From the NCBI RefSeq assembly GCF_018350175.1, contig NC_058382.1:60266001-60330000 (forward strand): 64,000 bases of DNA, read 5' to 3'. This document shows, in pieces, positions 45,475 through 58,284 of this stretch; positions within the stretch are counted from its first letter, which is position 1, and the number at the start of each line of letters is the position of its first letter. The notes beneath the pieces were generated by a model. The model searched no databases. It was not told the DNA's origin and was given only the letters and a program-made list of their open reading frames with translations. A program made the translations under genes and the position numbers. The stretch comes from Felis catus. Its lineage: Eukaryota.

Positions 45475-45848
45475 CATTTGGTCCCCAGGGCGCTCTGGGA
45501 GGTCAGAGCCGGGAACTAAGTGAAGGGGGCGCGATAAGGCAGAGGCGCACGGCAGGTCGTGGCACAGGTGCACTCAGGAGGGCACCCCCCCTCCGCACAC
45601 ACCCCAGAGCCTGGCGGGGCTCGGCCCCCACAGCCCTGCGAGCCCCGGCCGGCACCAACAGCCTGAGGGCCCCCAACCTGCCCTCCATCACTCGGCTGCT
45701 TCCTGGCCGGGCACCGATGGCGTGACCCCGGGACCCCAGCCAGCATCAGGATCTTCACGCCGGAAACGGGTCTGAGGGGTCTCTGGCTCCTATCTTCACT
45801 CCGTCTCTGCTGCAACCAGACTGTAAGGAGAGGGGAGAAGAAGTGACA

Positions 45849-47295
45849 TTTTTTTTCCAAACGGCTTTATTTAGGTATAACTCACACACCATAAAATTTG
45901 CCCTTTCATGGCGTGCAGGTCAGCGGGTTTCCGTGTGCTCACGGAGCTGTGCAGCCCCCAGCACGAAGTCCAGAACATGTCTGTCGCTCCAAAAACACGC
46001 CCCCATCACGCCCCCTCCCCGGGCCCCTGCAACCTCTACTCCACCCTGGGGTTCCCTGGGCTTCAGCATTTACAGAAATGTGGCCGGTAATCGGTGACTT
46101 CTGTCCCTTAGCATAATGCATTCCAGGCTCTTCCGTGTCATGGCGCATGTTAGCACCATGTGGAAACTAAATACGACTTCCTTGTGCGGATACACCGTGG
46201 GGAGTTTACCCCTTTGTGCACTGACAGACGTCCGGCTGGCTGTCATGAGTAACGCCTCTGAATGTGCATGTATGCACATTTTCACGGATGTAGGTCTTCA
46301 TCACTCAGAGGCACACACACCTAGGGGCGGACCATCTCCTAGTGCTCTAACACCATGGGGAACAGGCAGACTGTTCGCCAAGGTGGCTGTGTCCCCTCCC
46401 ACCCATCTGCGGGACAGGGGCCCCTCACCCACAGTTCCTCCCTGTTATTTTGACTCTAGCCATGCTGGTGGGCGTGATGTGGGTCTCAGTGTGGTTTTGA
46501 TTTGCATTTCCCCATGACTGGGGATGCTGAGCATCTTTTCCCGTGCCACTTGGCCATTTGCGCATTTTCTTTGGAAAAATGCCTGTTCGGGTCACTTGCC
46601 CAGTTTTTCTTTGGATACCTTGCCTTTTTATCGCTGAGTTGTAAGAGCTCGTTACATATTCTGGATCCCAGTCCCTTACCGGATAGACAGTCTATGGGTT
46701 GCCTTTTTACTTTCTGGATGACTTCATTTGCAGCACACAAGTTTTCGTTTGGACGACATCCTGTTCATCTATTTTTTTCTTTTGTCATTGGTGCTTTTGG
46801 TGTCAGAGCCAAGAAGTCCTTGTCTAACTCGAGGTCATGAGGATTTATTACTGCTTTCCCGCAAGTCTCACTCTTTTGTCTCTTACATTTAGGCTCCTGA
46901 CCTGCTGTTTGTGTGTGGTGTGAGGTAGGGATCCAACTTCATTCTCGTGTGTGGATGAACCATGGCCCAGCAGCCTTGGTTGTACAGACTGTTGTCGCCT
47001 CACAGAGTAGCCTGACCCCCTTGTCAAACATCCCTGACTACAAACGTGAGCATTTATTTCTGGGCTCTATTCCAGTCCGTTCTATCCTATTCGTCCGTGT
47101 AGCCATTCTCACCCAGCGCGCAGTCACGGTTACCGCAGAATGTAGTTACGGGACGTGTGAGTCTCCCAACTTTGTCCTTCTCTTTCAAGATAGTTTTGGC
47201 TATTCTGGGTCCCTCACATTTCCATATGAGACTGAGGGTCAACCCGGCAATTTTGGCAAAAAAAGACATCTGCATTGTGATAGGGATTGGATTGG
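45849..47295 (-). mobile_element. L1MB-type element, antisense (3' UTR plus end of ORF2)
   Basis: 'gctttatttaggtataactcacacaccataaaatt', 'gtggttttgatttgcatttccc', 'gatgctgagcatcttttc', 'ggtgtgaggtagggatccaacttcattct', 'ccaactttgtccttctctttcaagatagttttggctattctggg'. The minus-strand ORFs give ORF2-like peptides (NRHFSKE..QMAK.H.KRCS; GPRIAKTILK). Confidence 0.93.
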
Positions 47296-50200
47296 ATTGG
47301 AAATGGGACTTCAGAGCCCTATGATCCTTTGGGAGATTTGGGGGAACCTGGAGAAACTTTCTCCGGTAATGAGTTAAAACTGAAAGGTCAGTTCTTTTCA
47401 TCTCCCAAAACACACCCTTCCTTTCACCCTCCCAGCCCCGTGGGGTGGGTGCTGCTGGGCCGTCTCAGAGGAGAGAGAACCCGAGGCCCCGAGAGGCCAA
47501 GTCAGGTGCGCATGGCCCACAGGTGCAAGGTGACAGCACCACTGGGGGCAGTTAGTGGCCCACGGCCACGGACCCAGCTGTCAGTGGCCACCGCCATCCC
47601 ACCATCTCAGCCACACGTGTGCCTGGCTCCTGGCCGGACTCTGCGGTGTGGTGCCCGCCCCTCATCCAAGAGACAGAAGCTTCATGTATTCCTGTGACCA
47701 AGAGAGTGACCAAGCGACTCTAGAGAAGACAAAGGAGGCAGATTGCCGGTGGCCACAGAAGGCAGAGACGACACCCAGGAACCCCCACCGCCACCAACCT
47801 AAAACGCCCGTCTGTCCTTCCCGCCAGATCTCCAGGGCGGTTTCGTCCTGTCTGAGTTTAGCTCCTCCATCCTGAATCAGAGCAGGCAGGGTGGGCCCAG
47901 CAAGCCGGCTACCTTTAAACCTTGGGCCAAAGTGATGTCCTCCCCAGCTCTCCTTGGTGGCCCTTCCGTTCTCTGCCCCCATCTTCCCTCACCCAGGAAA
48001 CAGGCAAGCCGCTATTTCAGGGGCTATTGTTCACAAGGGCCACGTGGACAGAGACACGGAACACCCCCGAGAGCAGGCCCGAGCGCGGTGGCCTCACCCA
48101 GCAAGCACAGAACCCACGCCTGAACACCACGCCTCATTCTCTCGCGGTATCACTCACATCTGCTGGAAGCTGGACCCTCTCCATGGAAGGCGTCCACACA
48201 CGTAAAACCCCAGACCCCTCATGCTTCCAAGCCCCAAACTCAGAGCCCCCAGCCTGAGCTCTCCTTTCCCAAAACCCAAATAAGTAGGCTTTGAATGACT
48301 GGATTTAGGCAGAGTAATGGGCTAGTGGGACAGAGAATTTAGGAGAGAGGCTGCATAGACTTCCCCTTGCTCGGAATGTGGAAACAGCCCCCCACTCACA
48401 GTCTGATCGGATCAAATCAATCACAGGCCTGAATGTGCTCGAGGCTGCCCCAGCTTTTTCCTGGTCAGGCAGGAGGCGTCAACAGAACGTCACCTCTTTG
48501 GTCAGCAGGAGCAGAGAATCGAGGAGCAGTTCCCCATTTGTCCCTCCAACCTGACAGACTCCTACTCGCACGTCAAAGCCCAAGCCCGTCATCACCCTTT
48601 CTGCAGAGAGCCGCCTTCTCCCTTCTCCCCAGAGCAGAGCACCCACAACCCCTGGCCTGTCGTTCCCTTTCCCTGTGCGTGAAGTGTGGCGTTAGGGGGT
48701 CCATGTGTTTTTCTGTGCCCCCTTTGCACGCCGGCCGGCTGACACAGTGTGGGGCGCTCAGGAGACGTTGGCTGGTGAATTGCTGGAGGGGATCTGCACC
48801 CCTTAAATCGGGAGGAGCACGAGCCTGCGGTGTGCAGAGACCGTCCCGGGGTCTCCCCCGCACACCCCCGTCCCGGTGCAGACAACGCCCTCCTCTGATT
48901 TCAGGCGTGCGCAGTGGGGACGGCTGCGCCCATGTCCCCTCCCCGGCCCCCGCCCTGTGCAGCTCTGTTTTTCCCACTGACTCCCCACCGCAAGTCTTTC
49001 CAACCTCAGGAAGTCCATGTGAATGTTTTCCCAACTTGTCCTCACTGACCGTTACCCCAGTCCCCAGGAACTCACAGGAACCTTCCAGAAATCTCCCTTT
49101 ATCTCCCAAAGCCCATCTGGTTCCGTTTAAGGATTCACCATATTTCCTCCTGTTTTCTGAGCCGCTGCGCCCGGCCTGTCTCCGAGCTCAGCCGCCTCTG
49201 CCCGGGGCGGTGAGGAGCCCCGATTTCGGGAGCTGCCGTGGGGGTCTCCCTCCACCTGCACACGTGGCAGGGCCACCTCGAGGCTGGCGGGCAAGGCTTC
49301 TCCTTCCCCGCCTGATCCCGTCGCCAGCCCGGCCTGGGCCCAGCGTGCAGTCCCTTCCCCGGGAATTATTTATGGCCGTGGACTCCGGCATCCAACCCAC
49401 ATGTGACGAGAGCGACCTTCATCCCCCAGAGTCGCGGCCACAGCGGGTCTGGGCGGCTGGCTGGCAGCCGCGTGCATCTGAGCAGGCTCCCTGTCCACCC
49501 CAGAGGCGCTGGGCCGAGCCGGGGGACGTTCCGTGGGGTTGGAGCTGATCCCCGTCGAGGGCCAGGCCCCTCTCCTCTGCCCGGTGCTCCTCCGGCAACC
49601 GAGTGAGCAGTGAGGGCCTCCCGGGCGGCAGCCCTTCCCCCCCCACCCCGGCTTCGGGACTAGAGATTGCATCATGGGACCCGGTGACCTCCCCCGCCCA
49701 CCCCACCCGGCCCGTTAGAAAGGCAGGCTTGGCCAATGGCGGGGGCGTCCGGGAGGCATCTCCGTTCCCACAGATGATCCGCCTGGGCCTGACGGGCGGC
49801 CACGCACACGGCTCTCCCCGACTGTGTGACCGACGGGGCGAGACCAGCACCCCGGAGTTTAGCTGCTGCTGTGCCAGAGGGAGTGTCTGACGGGACCGTG
49901 TTTGGAAAAGGAAGGGAAACGTCTGCGTAGAAGCGTCCAGGGGGCCCCTCGGGAGGGGCCGGCACCAAAGGGGGAGCCCAGCAGGTCGCGGAGCGGTCAC
50001 GCGCTCACGCGGTCATCCCACCCAGGCCGCGATGGTCCTGCGGCCATCAGCCGAGCAGACCCAGGGATGAGCTGACGGCTGTAGGGAGGGAGTCCGGGCT
50101 TATGGGGAAACGGGACGTGCCCACGTGAGGGCGCCAGGCGGCCCGGCGGCGGGTGCTTTGGGTGGGCCTCACGGCGGGGCCCTGTTGTCTGTGGCCCGGC

Positions 50201-53200
50201 TCTCATGGAGGGGCTGTGAGTCTTGGCCTCTGGGGTTCTTGCAGGGACGCACAACTGTGTGCGTCCTTGGGCAAGAGCATGCTGGATTTGGGGTTCTGGC
50301 TGCTGGGAGGCACAGGGATAAAGGATGCGGGGCATCCAGGCAGGGTGAGCACGTGACCCCATCTTCCTGCCCACACTGGGGGCCCCAAGTCAGGTGGGGG
50401 GCCTTCGAGACGGCGGGACTGGAGCCCAGTGTTCCCCAAACGGGACCTGTGGGGCTGGAGGGGCTTTCCCCGCAGGGGCTGGGAGTCCTTTCCGGCCGAG
50501 CTGAGCCCGGGGAGGAAGCCGGGCCTTCTGAGGCCTCCCCGGGGGAGGCGACCAGCTGGGAGAGTGCCAACCACACCCTTGGCCCCTGGGTGTTGCCAAC
50601 AATCCCCCTTCCTTTCGCAAAAACTTCCAGCGCTGGTGAGAGGTGAGAAGGTGGCTGTCTCAGTGCCGCCTCCCTCTCACAAGCCCCCACCCCTCCTCCC
50701 CCCGCCGTCCACTGTCCCTCCTCAGGAGCACTGCCCCCGGGAAGCCTCGGCACCCTGCGCCCGTGTGGACGCTGGCTGGCAGGGAGCTTTCCGGCAACAC
50801 CAACGGGGCACGGGACCATTTCCACCCTGCACAGGGGGACACCGATGTCCCACAAGCCAGAATTTGTGCAGCGGGTCAAGGACCAGAGGCGGAACGTTCC
50901 TCTGAGACTGTCCTTCCCAAGGCTTCTGCTCGAGACACAAAGAAACAAAAAATCCTTTCAAGACAGATAGTATCATCATCGCTTATCTTTATTGCTAAAA
51001 AGTCCTAATTGTACATAGGAGAGAAAAGAATGTGCTAGAAGACATTCCAAGCAGTGTTATTTATAGTGAAGGAGGGGAGCTCCCTCCACGCCCAGCAGGA
51101 CACCCAGCACAGCACAGAGCGCCCCGTCCATGGGGCGTGTGCAGCACGATGCGAAACGTTGGAGGTGTATTAAGTCAAAAGGCCGTGGGGGCGTAATCCA
51201 CGCTTACTAAGAGTGTTAGCGGATCCGTTTCATACACCCCAGAGGAGATTAAGGGTTTGAATGTCGTTTGCAAAACGTTTCTGCTGTCACATCGCCCTCC
51301 TGATGGAAAGCACGTATTTAACGGTGATAATTATTGTTGATGGTGATGCCGTCTGCTTTCATGATCGTTTTTAACGCACAATGACCGTGAGTTTCTGCGC
51401 AGGGACACGGGGGTCTTGAATTTGATGTTGGCTTCTTGGCCACATGCCTTTCTATCCACGTTTAGTGAGCGGACGTCCCCAGCCTCGGGCTGGCTGGCAA
51501 CCTCCTCGTGGGAAGAGAGTGATGGGGGGCAGAGGGTGGCTAGTCCCACCTCTGGTGTTTTTAGGAAAACAACAAAACAACGATAAAATGACTCTCCAGC
51601 TGGTCGACCCTTTCACCCACGAACGGCCTGGAGACGTGGCCAGATGGCCTTGGGTGTCACCTGAGGGTGCTGGCCCGACTCATCTTTGATTTCGCGGGTG
51701 GCTGTGCCCAACATGAGTCAACAGAGGGTATGATCGGGCCCCAGGGCTTTGCAAGTGGCAGAGCGTCTGGATGGAGGGGGACGCGTGTGCAGGGACGGCC
51801 GGGCGCGTGAGCGGAAGGGGGCAGGCCTGCCACGGCTGCCGTTGGAGGCCGTTCTGCAGTGCTGGGCGCGGGGGCCTCTCACTTTGCCCCGGACCGACCG
51901 GGCTGCAGAGCGGGGCCCCCCTCTCGGCCCTGCTTGCGAGGGAGCGTGGGCCGTGGGGAGAGGAGGCCCCCAGGGAGGATAGACGGTCTGGGACCTGTCC
52001 CGCGCAGACCGACGGAAGGAGCGCTCCGGCAAGGGCTGAAGGGGCGACCTGATCTTCCAACATCAGACGTGTCTGGCAGGCCTGATCCCCGACGGGCAGA
52101 GGTCAGGGAAAGAGGTGGGCTGATCCAAGCAGCCCCGGGACGAAGCCGGCCCCTCGGGAAGTCACAGGGACCAGGCTTGTGTCCCTGCAAGTCCCAGATC
52201 CACAGGGCAGGCGGGACCCACTGACAGGAGCTGACGCTGCGGTCTCGAGCCTGGATTGCTTCACCTCGGGGAAATCTCAGTGTGTAGTCTCAAGGCGTTC
52301 GCCTGATGGGGCGAGGCCCACCCGCGCTATGGAGAGCCATTTCTCAGGGTCGACTAATGGTTATCCACACTCCCAAATACTCCACAGCAACACCCAGATG
52401 AGTGTCTGACTGAATCACTGGGGATGACAGGCTGGTCAGGCTGGCGTAACCCCGACCTTTGCACCCCCTGAGCCGGGATCGAGCCTAGAGCCCGGGAGCC
52501 GAGGGCCCTCTGTCCGTCCCCGCACCCGCTGACGGAGAGGTCAGCTGTCAGGGCTGGGGGTCCCTGGGGATCGGAAAACGGGACACGCCTCCTGGCCGCG
52601 GCCCTCAGCGGTGAGCCGCTGTGTTTGTTGGGGCGAGCGGGGGTTCCGCCCGCCCCATCCGTGAAGCGGGGACAGACTCGATCAGCTGCCTCCCTTGGGC
52701 GCCCGGCTGAGGGATCGCCTGCCGCCTCTGACTCCACCCCCAGCCCCTCTGCGGGGCTCAGTGGGGACGACCCCCGAGTCCTAGCGAACAGCGAGGTGCC
52801 AAGCGACGGGAGGCCCAGGCCACGTCCTCTGCTGCCACAGCTGTGCCGTCTACTCCTACAACCCGCCAGCGCCGTAATCGGCCCTGTGCCCCGGCCCCGC
52901 GGTGGGTCAGCGGGGCCCGGGCGTGACCTGAAATGGTGGCTGCTTAACCAGTGATCGTGAAAGGCTAGCGACCGCCTCCCTCGCCACCTGCTCTACAGCT
53001 GTGCTCGGGGACTTCCGTGTCCCGCAGCCGCACGAGGTGCCGGGACAGCCGCGGCCGAGCCCTCGCGGTCAGGAGGCCGCTGCCGGCACACGCGGCCCTA
53101 AGAACACGGGAACAGGGTGCCTGCAGCGCCTGGGGCCTGCGGGGGGATCGGCAGCTGCTCCCCTGCTCCTGAGCAGGGGTCTCCCCGCCCCTCACCGCCC

Positions 53201-53270
53201 TGGGGATGTTGTCAAGGGCAGAGGGTGGGAGCGAGAGGCAGGGCTCCCCGGGCCAGCCCCTGACCGTGGC

Positions 53271-53450
53271 AATAATGGTCACACGCGAGGACGGGGCCTC
53301 TCCGTCCCGGGCACACGCCGGACCCCTGCCCGCGCCCCCCCGCTCAATCCCCCACCCGCCTGCAAAGGGTACCAGTGGGGACGGTGAGGCACAGAGAGGG
53401 CTGCAGACTGTCCCAGGTCACACAGCTGCCGTGACAGAACCGCGATGGGT
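53271..53450 (-). mobile_element. MIR, GC-shifted
   Basis: 'ggtgaggcacagagagggctgcagactgtcccaggtcacacagctg'. Confidence 0.65.
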
Positions 53451-54774
53451 CCTGCGTTCTTGGCCCTGGGGCCTGTGCCCGCTTCGATCTGCAGCGTGTG
53501 TGGACCCGCCCGATGAACTGCCCTGAGATTTGGTGGCTCACGACGGCAAGACTCCTCCCTGTGCTCACAGATCTGCACCTGGGCAGGGCCTGGGGGGTAC
53601 GGGGGCAGCGGGCAGCTGGACGGGGGTCGCAGGGTCCACCTGCAAGACGGCGCCCCCCAAGGCGGGCAGGTGCGTGGTGTTGGCTGTCGGGGCCTCCGTG
53701 CGGGCCTTCCTCCGGGGTGCAGCGGGACCCCAGGAGGCGGGAACAGGGAGCCCCCAGTTTCTCGAGGCCTGGGCCTGGACGTTTCCCGAGGTCGCTTCTG
53801 CCTCCCCGTTTTGGTCAGAGCCAGAAGTCCCGGCGGAAGATGGACAGGCGGACGGACGCACCCACAACCCTCAGTGGGGGACCGCGAGACAACGTGGGAC
53901 TCCATCGTCTGGCCGCTGACCCGCCCAGAGCTCTGCACGCGGCAGAGGGGAGGCCTGGCACGTCTGTCCTGGGTCAGCCCCGGCCCCGCTCCCTCCCCAA
54001 GCTGCAGCGTCCTCACCTGCAAGGTGACAGGCAGACGGCCTGACCTGGCACCCCATGGCCCTCTGTCTCCAAGCCACTAACCCTCCGCGGGAAAGTGTCT
54101 TCCTGCCTGGCTCCCCGGCAGCCGGGAGAACTTGGGGTCTCAGCAAAATGCCACGTGCAAAAGTCAGAAACAGTCTCGAGTGGCCGATGTGCCCGTGCGT
54201 CTGTTTCCAGGGCTTGTCTCCGCCCCGGGACCAGCCGGGGGCCCCGCAGAGTACGGGAGGGGATCAGAGCAGGGGGCGCGCCGCGGCGCCGCTTGGGCCC
54301 GTGTGAGGCCCCGGCCCCAGCCCCCACGGCACCTGCTGCCCCCCCCCCAGAGCAGCCCCTCTGCCCGGCTGGCCCGCGCCCGACAGCGATTGCCTGGGAC
54401 ACGTGTCAGCTCCCGGTTCGGTTAAGTCTTTCGTCACAACGTAAATAGGAAATGGCATTAGCAGAAGGCGTGGTGCCACGCAAGCAGCCACAGGACGGTC
54501 ACGGCCGGGAGCAGCCCCCCAGGCGCGGGCAGCGCTGACCGCAGACGCTCGGCGCCCGGCTGCCTGACGCCCACCCCTGCCGGGACTCTGGGCATCGGTC
54601 CGGGCCGGGTGGACAGACACGAGACTGAGTTTCAGAGCCGCTCGCCCAGAGCCGCTGTCTACGGACGAGTGAGAAACCACGCCCGGCGCTGGCCACCAAC
54701 CGTGGCCACGCGGGGCTCCTTGTGCTTCAGTTCCCCAGAACCTGATAAAATTGTCGTGCCGCGCCGACTGCGTC

Positions 54775-54845
54775 CTGAGCTGCCGCACGTGGCTGGTGCA
54801 GACCTGGAAATTTCCACCCTCACAGAAACTGCTGCGTCTTGGCTG
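54775..54845 (+). mobile_element. MER3/MER33-like DNA-transposon end
   Basis: 'gccgcacgtggctggtg...atttccaccctcacagaaa' resembles MER3 'gccacatgtggctagtg...atttccatcatcacagaaa'. Confidence 0.4.
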
Positions 54846-56045
54846 AGAGACGGCCGTTCCGCGGCCCCACGTCCTCTGTCTCACGTGACCGAGTCCCATC
54901 TGTGACCACAGTCCCTACGAGCAGGCCCCGCTCGCCCCTCCGGGAATCAGGCACTGGGCTCGGACCCGGGATGTCCCGCCAGACCCCGCGGAGGCAGCTG
55001 TTGGGACCACGAGGGAGTCTCGCGGCTTCTCTTAAAACATCTATTCTCATTTTATGCCCAAACGGCAGTGGACACGCTTCTCCAGTCAGACGCGAGGGCC
55101 GGGGAGCCCTGGGGTCCAGGGGAAGGTGAGGCCCCACCGCCGGCCACCAGGGGCCACGATGGGCAGTGGCCCGGGTCCCCGGGGCCTGAGCCAGGAGGGG
55201 CCTCGAAGGCTGCTGGTCCTGATGCAGCAAGGCCTTCCTTCCCCAGGGCCGCCCCGCAAACCCGCAGGGAGCCAGGCCGCCCAGGTCCCCCGGGCCCCAC
55301 ACACGCCCTTCCTTGATGGAACCCTACCTACCCTAGTGTCCCTCCCCCGCCCCCTCGCAGGCGGGCCCACAGAGGAGAGGGCGGAGCCCTGTGCCCTCCT
55401 AGACCCCTCGGGCCTCGGCACCTTGGCTGCAGGCGGCACCCAGCAGTCGTGCCCGCAGCGGTGGCACCCGTGAGCCTCGTCTGCCCGTGGTGGCCGTTGC
55501 TCCCGACATCACGGCCCCCTCCCCCAGAGGCATCAGGGCCACAGAGCATCTGGGGTCACGGGGATTGAGATGAGTGTCCTGTGCCTGGGGGTCCCAGCAT
55601 CGGGGCGCAGGCGAGCCTCTCCCGCCGTGACAGGAGGCCACCCCTCAGGCGCTCCCCCCACCACCCTTGCTTCCCTCCCCCGGCCCCACGCCTCCCCCCC
55701 CACACAGCCCAGTCCAGCCAGGCCATGACCTCGCGCCCCGATGACGCCAACAGGAGTGGGGGGCAGGGACGCCGATGTGGGGCGGTGACTCAGGGTCCCG
55801 CCACCTCCCACCCGAAGGCACGGCCACAGCTGAGTCTGACACGGAACCCGGGTCGAGTCAGCTCCTCCGTGTTAGCGGCAGACGCTCTCCGGGCCCCTGT
55901 GTGCCCGGCTCGTGCCGGGGCCCCAGGGGACAGGACCCTCCTGCCTGCGACCCACCCTTTCCCAGGGCAGCGCACAGTCTCACAAACTAGAACCGTGGCT
56001 CACGGAGAGCGTTGGAAACCGAGCCCCGCTGGGCAGCGTCTGGGC

Positions 56046-56195
56046 TTGATTTTCTGTGGTGAAGCACGCGTAACACAGAACGAACCATCTCGGTGATTTT
56101 TGAGCGCACGGCTCAGGGGCATCGCGTCCACCCGCACCATTGTGCGCCGTCCGTCTCCAGATCCCGACATCCCGCCAGCTGGAGCTCTGTCCCCA
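56046..56195 (-). mobile_element. L1MB-type 3' terminus, antisense, GC-shifted
   Basis: 'tgtggtgaagcacgcgtaacacagaacgaaccatctcggtgatttttgagcgcacggctcaggggcat' vs L1 'tgtggtaaaatacacataacataaaatttaccatcttaaccatttttaagtgtacagttcagtggcat'. Confidence 0.75.
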
Positions 56196-56829
56196 CCCCT
56201 CCACCTCCCTCCCTCCCTGTCCCCATGGCGGGCGCCAAGGCCCCGCAGGGACACCTGTGTCTCCTCCCCCTGCAGTGGGCTCCTCACGGGCACCGTGTCC
56301 ATCCCATCACGGGGGGGCCCAGAGCCCACACAGGGCAAGGCCTCCCGAGCGGGCGGCTCGCGATCCCCAGGGTAGGTTTGTGGAGACAAGATTGCTGTGG
56401 TCGGGGTTCTCCTTCTCGGCCGTGCACAGGGAAGGGGTGCCCCTTCTCACACCGTACCTGGCCTGGAGCGCTGGGCCCGTCCCCTAGCCTGGGCCGTGCG
56501 GAGGTTGGACCCCGGATGGAGCGGAGGTTCCTCCGCTAGGAGAGACGGTGGGCTGCGGGGGGTGCCCAGCAGTGCCGGGACTGAGACTGAGCTGGAGACA
56601 CTGAGGCTGCCTGGCTGGGGTCAGGCTCCTCGGTGCCACTCGGCCTGAGATGATGGGAATAATCGTACCTCCTGAGCAGCCCCTAGAGAATGTCGCTGGG
56701 CCCCCCTGCCCGGGGCCTGGCCGTGTCAGTTAACGTGAAGGTTCTGCCGCTGACATGAGTACGTCCGGGGCCCCACGCAACGGTGGCAGGGGACTTGTTC
56801 TGCTGAGCAGTCCGAGCGGATACCGCCTA

Positions 56830-57090
56830 GGGCCGACACGGCACATCCAAGGTGTCCTGGACCCTGGTCCTCCCTGGCGCTCTTGTTTCTTCAACCCCCA
56901 GCTTTACCTCGTGGCATAAGATAGCTGCCTCGGCTCCTGCCATCACAGCTCTTCTCTGCTCCCCCACACCCAGGGGCAGGCAAAGGAGGGCAGCACCTGG
57001 CGTCACACACGTCACTTCCACACGCTGGTGAGAACCAGGCACGCGCCCATCAGGTCGCTAGGGAAACTGGGAGATGGAGTCTTCCTCTGG
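56830..57090. mobile_element. Ancient ERVL/MaLR LTR fragment (MLT1J/K/L- or LTR16/33-like)
   Basis: 'aagatagctgcctcggctcctgccatcac...tcacttcc...agggaaactgggagatggagtctt'. Confidence 0.5.
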
Positions 57091-58284
57091 GCCAGGGCCC
57101 ACGGAAAATTCCAGAAGAAGAGCATGGGCAGCAGCTGTACCACACTCCCTCAGGGACAGCCGCAGTTACTCCTACGACAACTGCCAGGTGGTGGGCGCCA
57201 GATGAGAGAAATAAAAAGGAATTGGACGTACCTCGGGAGCCGGGGCCCGCGGGCACTGGCACGCGCCCAGGGAGGGCTCGCTTCCAGCCAGAGCGAGCAC
57301 TCGTGCGTTTCGGCTGGAACTTAGACATGCGGAGGAGACGGAAGGCTTCCAGAGGCTCGGAGCAGCCCAGACGGGGAGGTGGGTGCAGACAACGTGCACC
57401 CGGCCAGAGCATCGCAGCCGCGAAGGGCGGGGGGGGGCCGACGGCAGACAGGCCCTCCACGCATCCCGGGGTTTGGCCGTAGCTGGGTCTTTTGGAGCAG
57501 ACCACCCGCCTCCAAACTTCCTGTGTTTTGTTAACGTGCGAGTGTCCCGGCCCTGCCCCCGACCCCCGATCGGAAACCTGGAGCTGGGGTCCAGGCTCCG
57601 CATGGTAACCGTCACTTCCAGTAGCAGGGGGCCACCGAAGATGCATCCGCGCGGCTGTGACCTGGGCGCGCCGGGGCTGGGGGTGGCAGGGTGGTGCTGG
57701 GGGCCTGGACTCTCCACGGGGCTCTGCTCCCTCAGCTCTGCAGAGCTCGTGTCAGAGCCACAAGAGGGAAGGTCTGGGAAGCATGGGTCCAGATGTGGAG
57801 ACAGCTGGCAGATAGGAAGGGAGGATGCGATTTAATCCCGGCAGTAATCGCCTGTCGAGACCCCGTGGGGTCACCCTCGAGGAGCCCCGGCACGGCAGAG
57901 CTGGAGCAGAACAGGCAGTGCGGGCGGCTGGGGCGCGTGGGGGAGACTGAGTCCCCCGGCTGAACGCCGGGTCCTCAGGGAAGAGCGGGCCGGGGGCCTG
58001 TCCCCGTGGTCCTCAGAGGTCCTGGCTCGGAAGTGAGCGTTCACGTGTCCCAGGATGGGGTTCCCAAGTGCACCTGTGTCCTGGGAACCCCTCAGTCCCA
58101 GACAACGTGGCACGCTGGTCACTCCGGCTGGAAATTGGTTCTCACTGGAAATAACCAGTCTCTCAGCTATTCCACGGAGTCGAGGAAAAAATTCTTAGAC
58201 AGCATTTGGGTTTAAAATTTCATGGGTCCAAAGCGGGAGAGTTCACCCAAGGCCACGGGGGGTTCAGAACTTACCCAGCATGCT

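Noticed and set aside
45476..45486. miR-133-like 'tttggtcccc'
   Set aside because: Only 10 nt match, the rest of the mature sequence is absent, and I see no hairpin partner.
46486..47413. Functional reverse transcriptase/L1 ORF2
   Set aside because: Only short frameshifted ORF2-like peptides from a decayed L1.
48433..49548. 371-aa ORF with an ATG start
   Set aside because: No recognisable domain, it crosses an L2-like remnant near 48680-48790, and there is no supporting exon structure.
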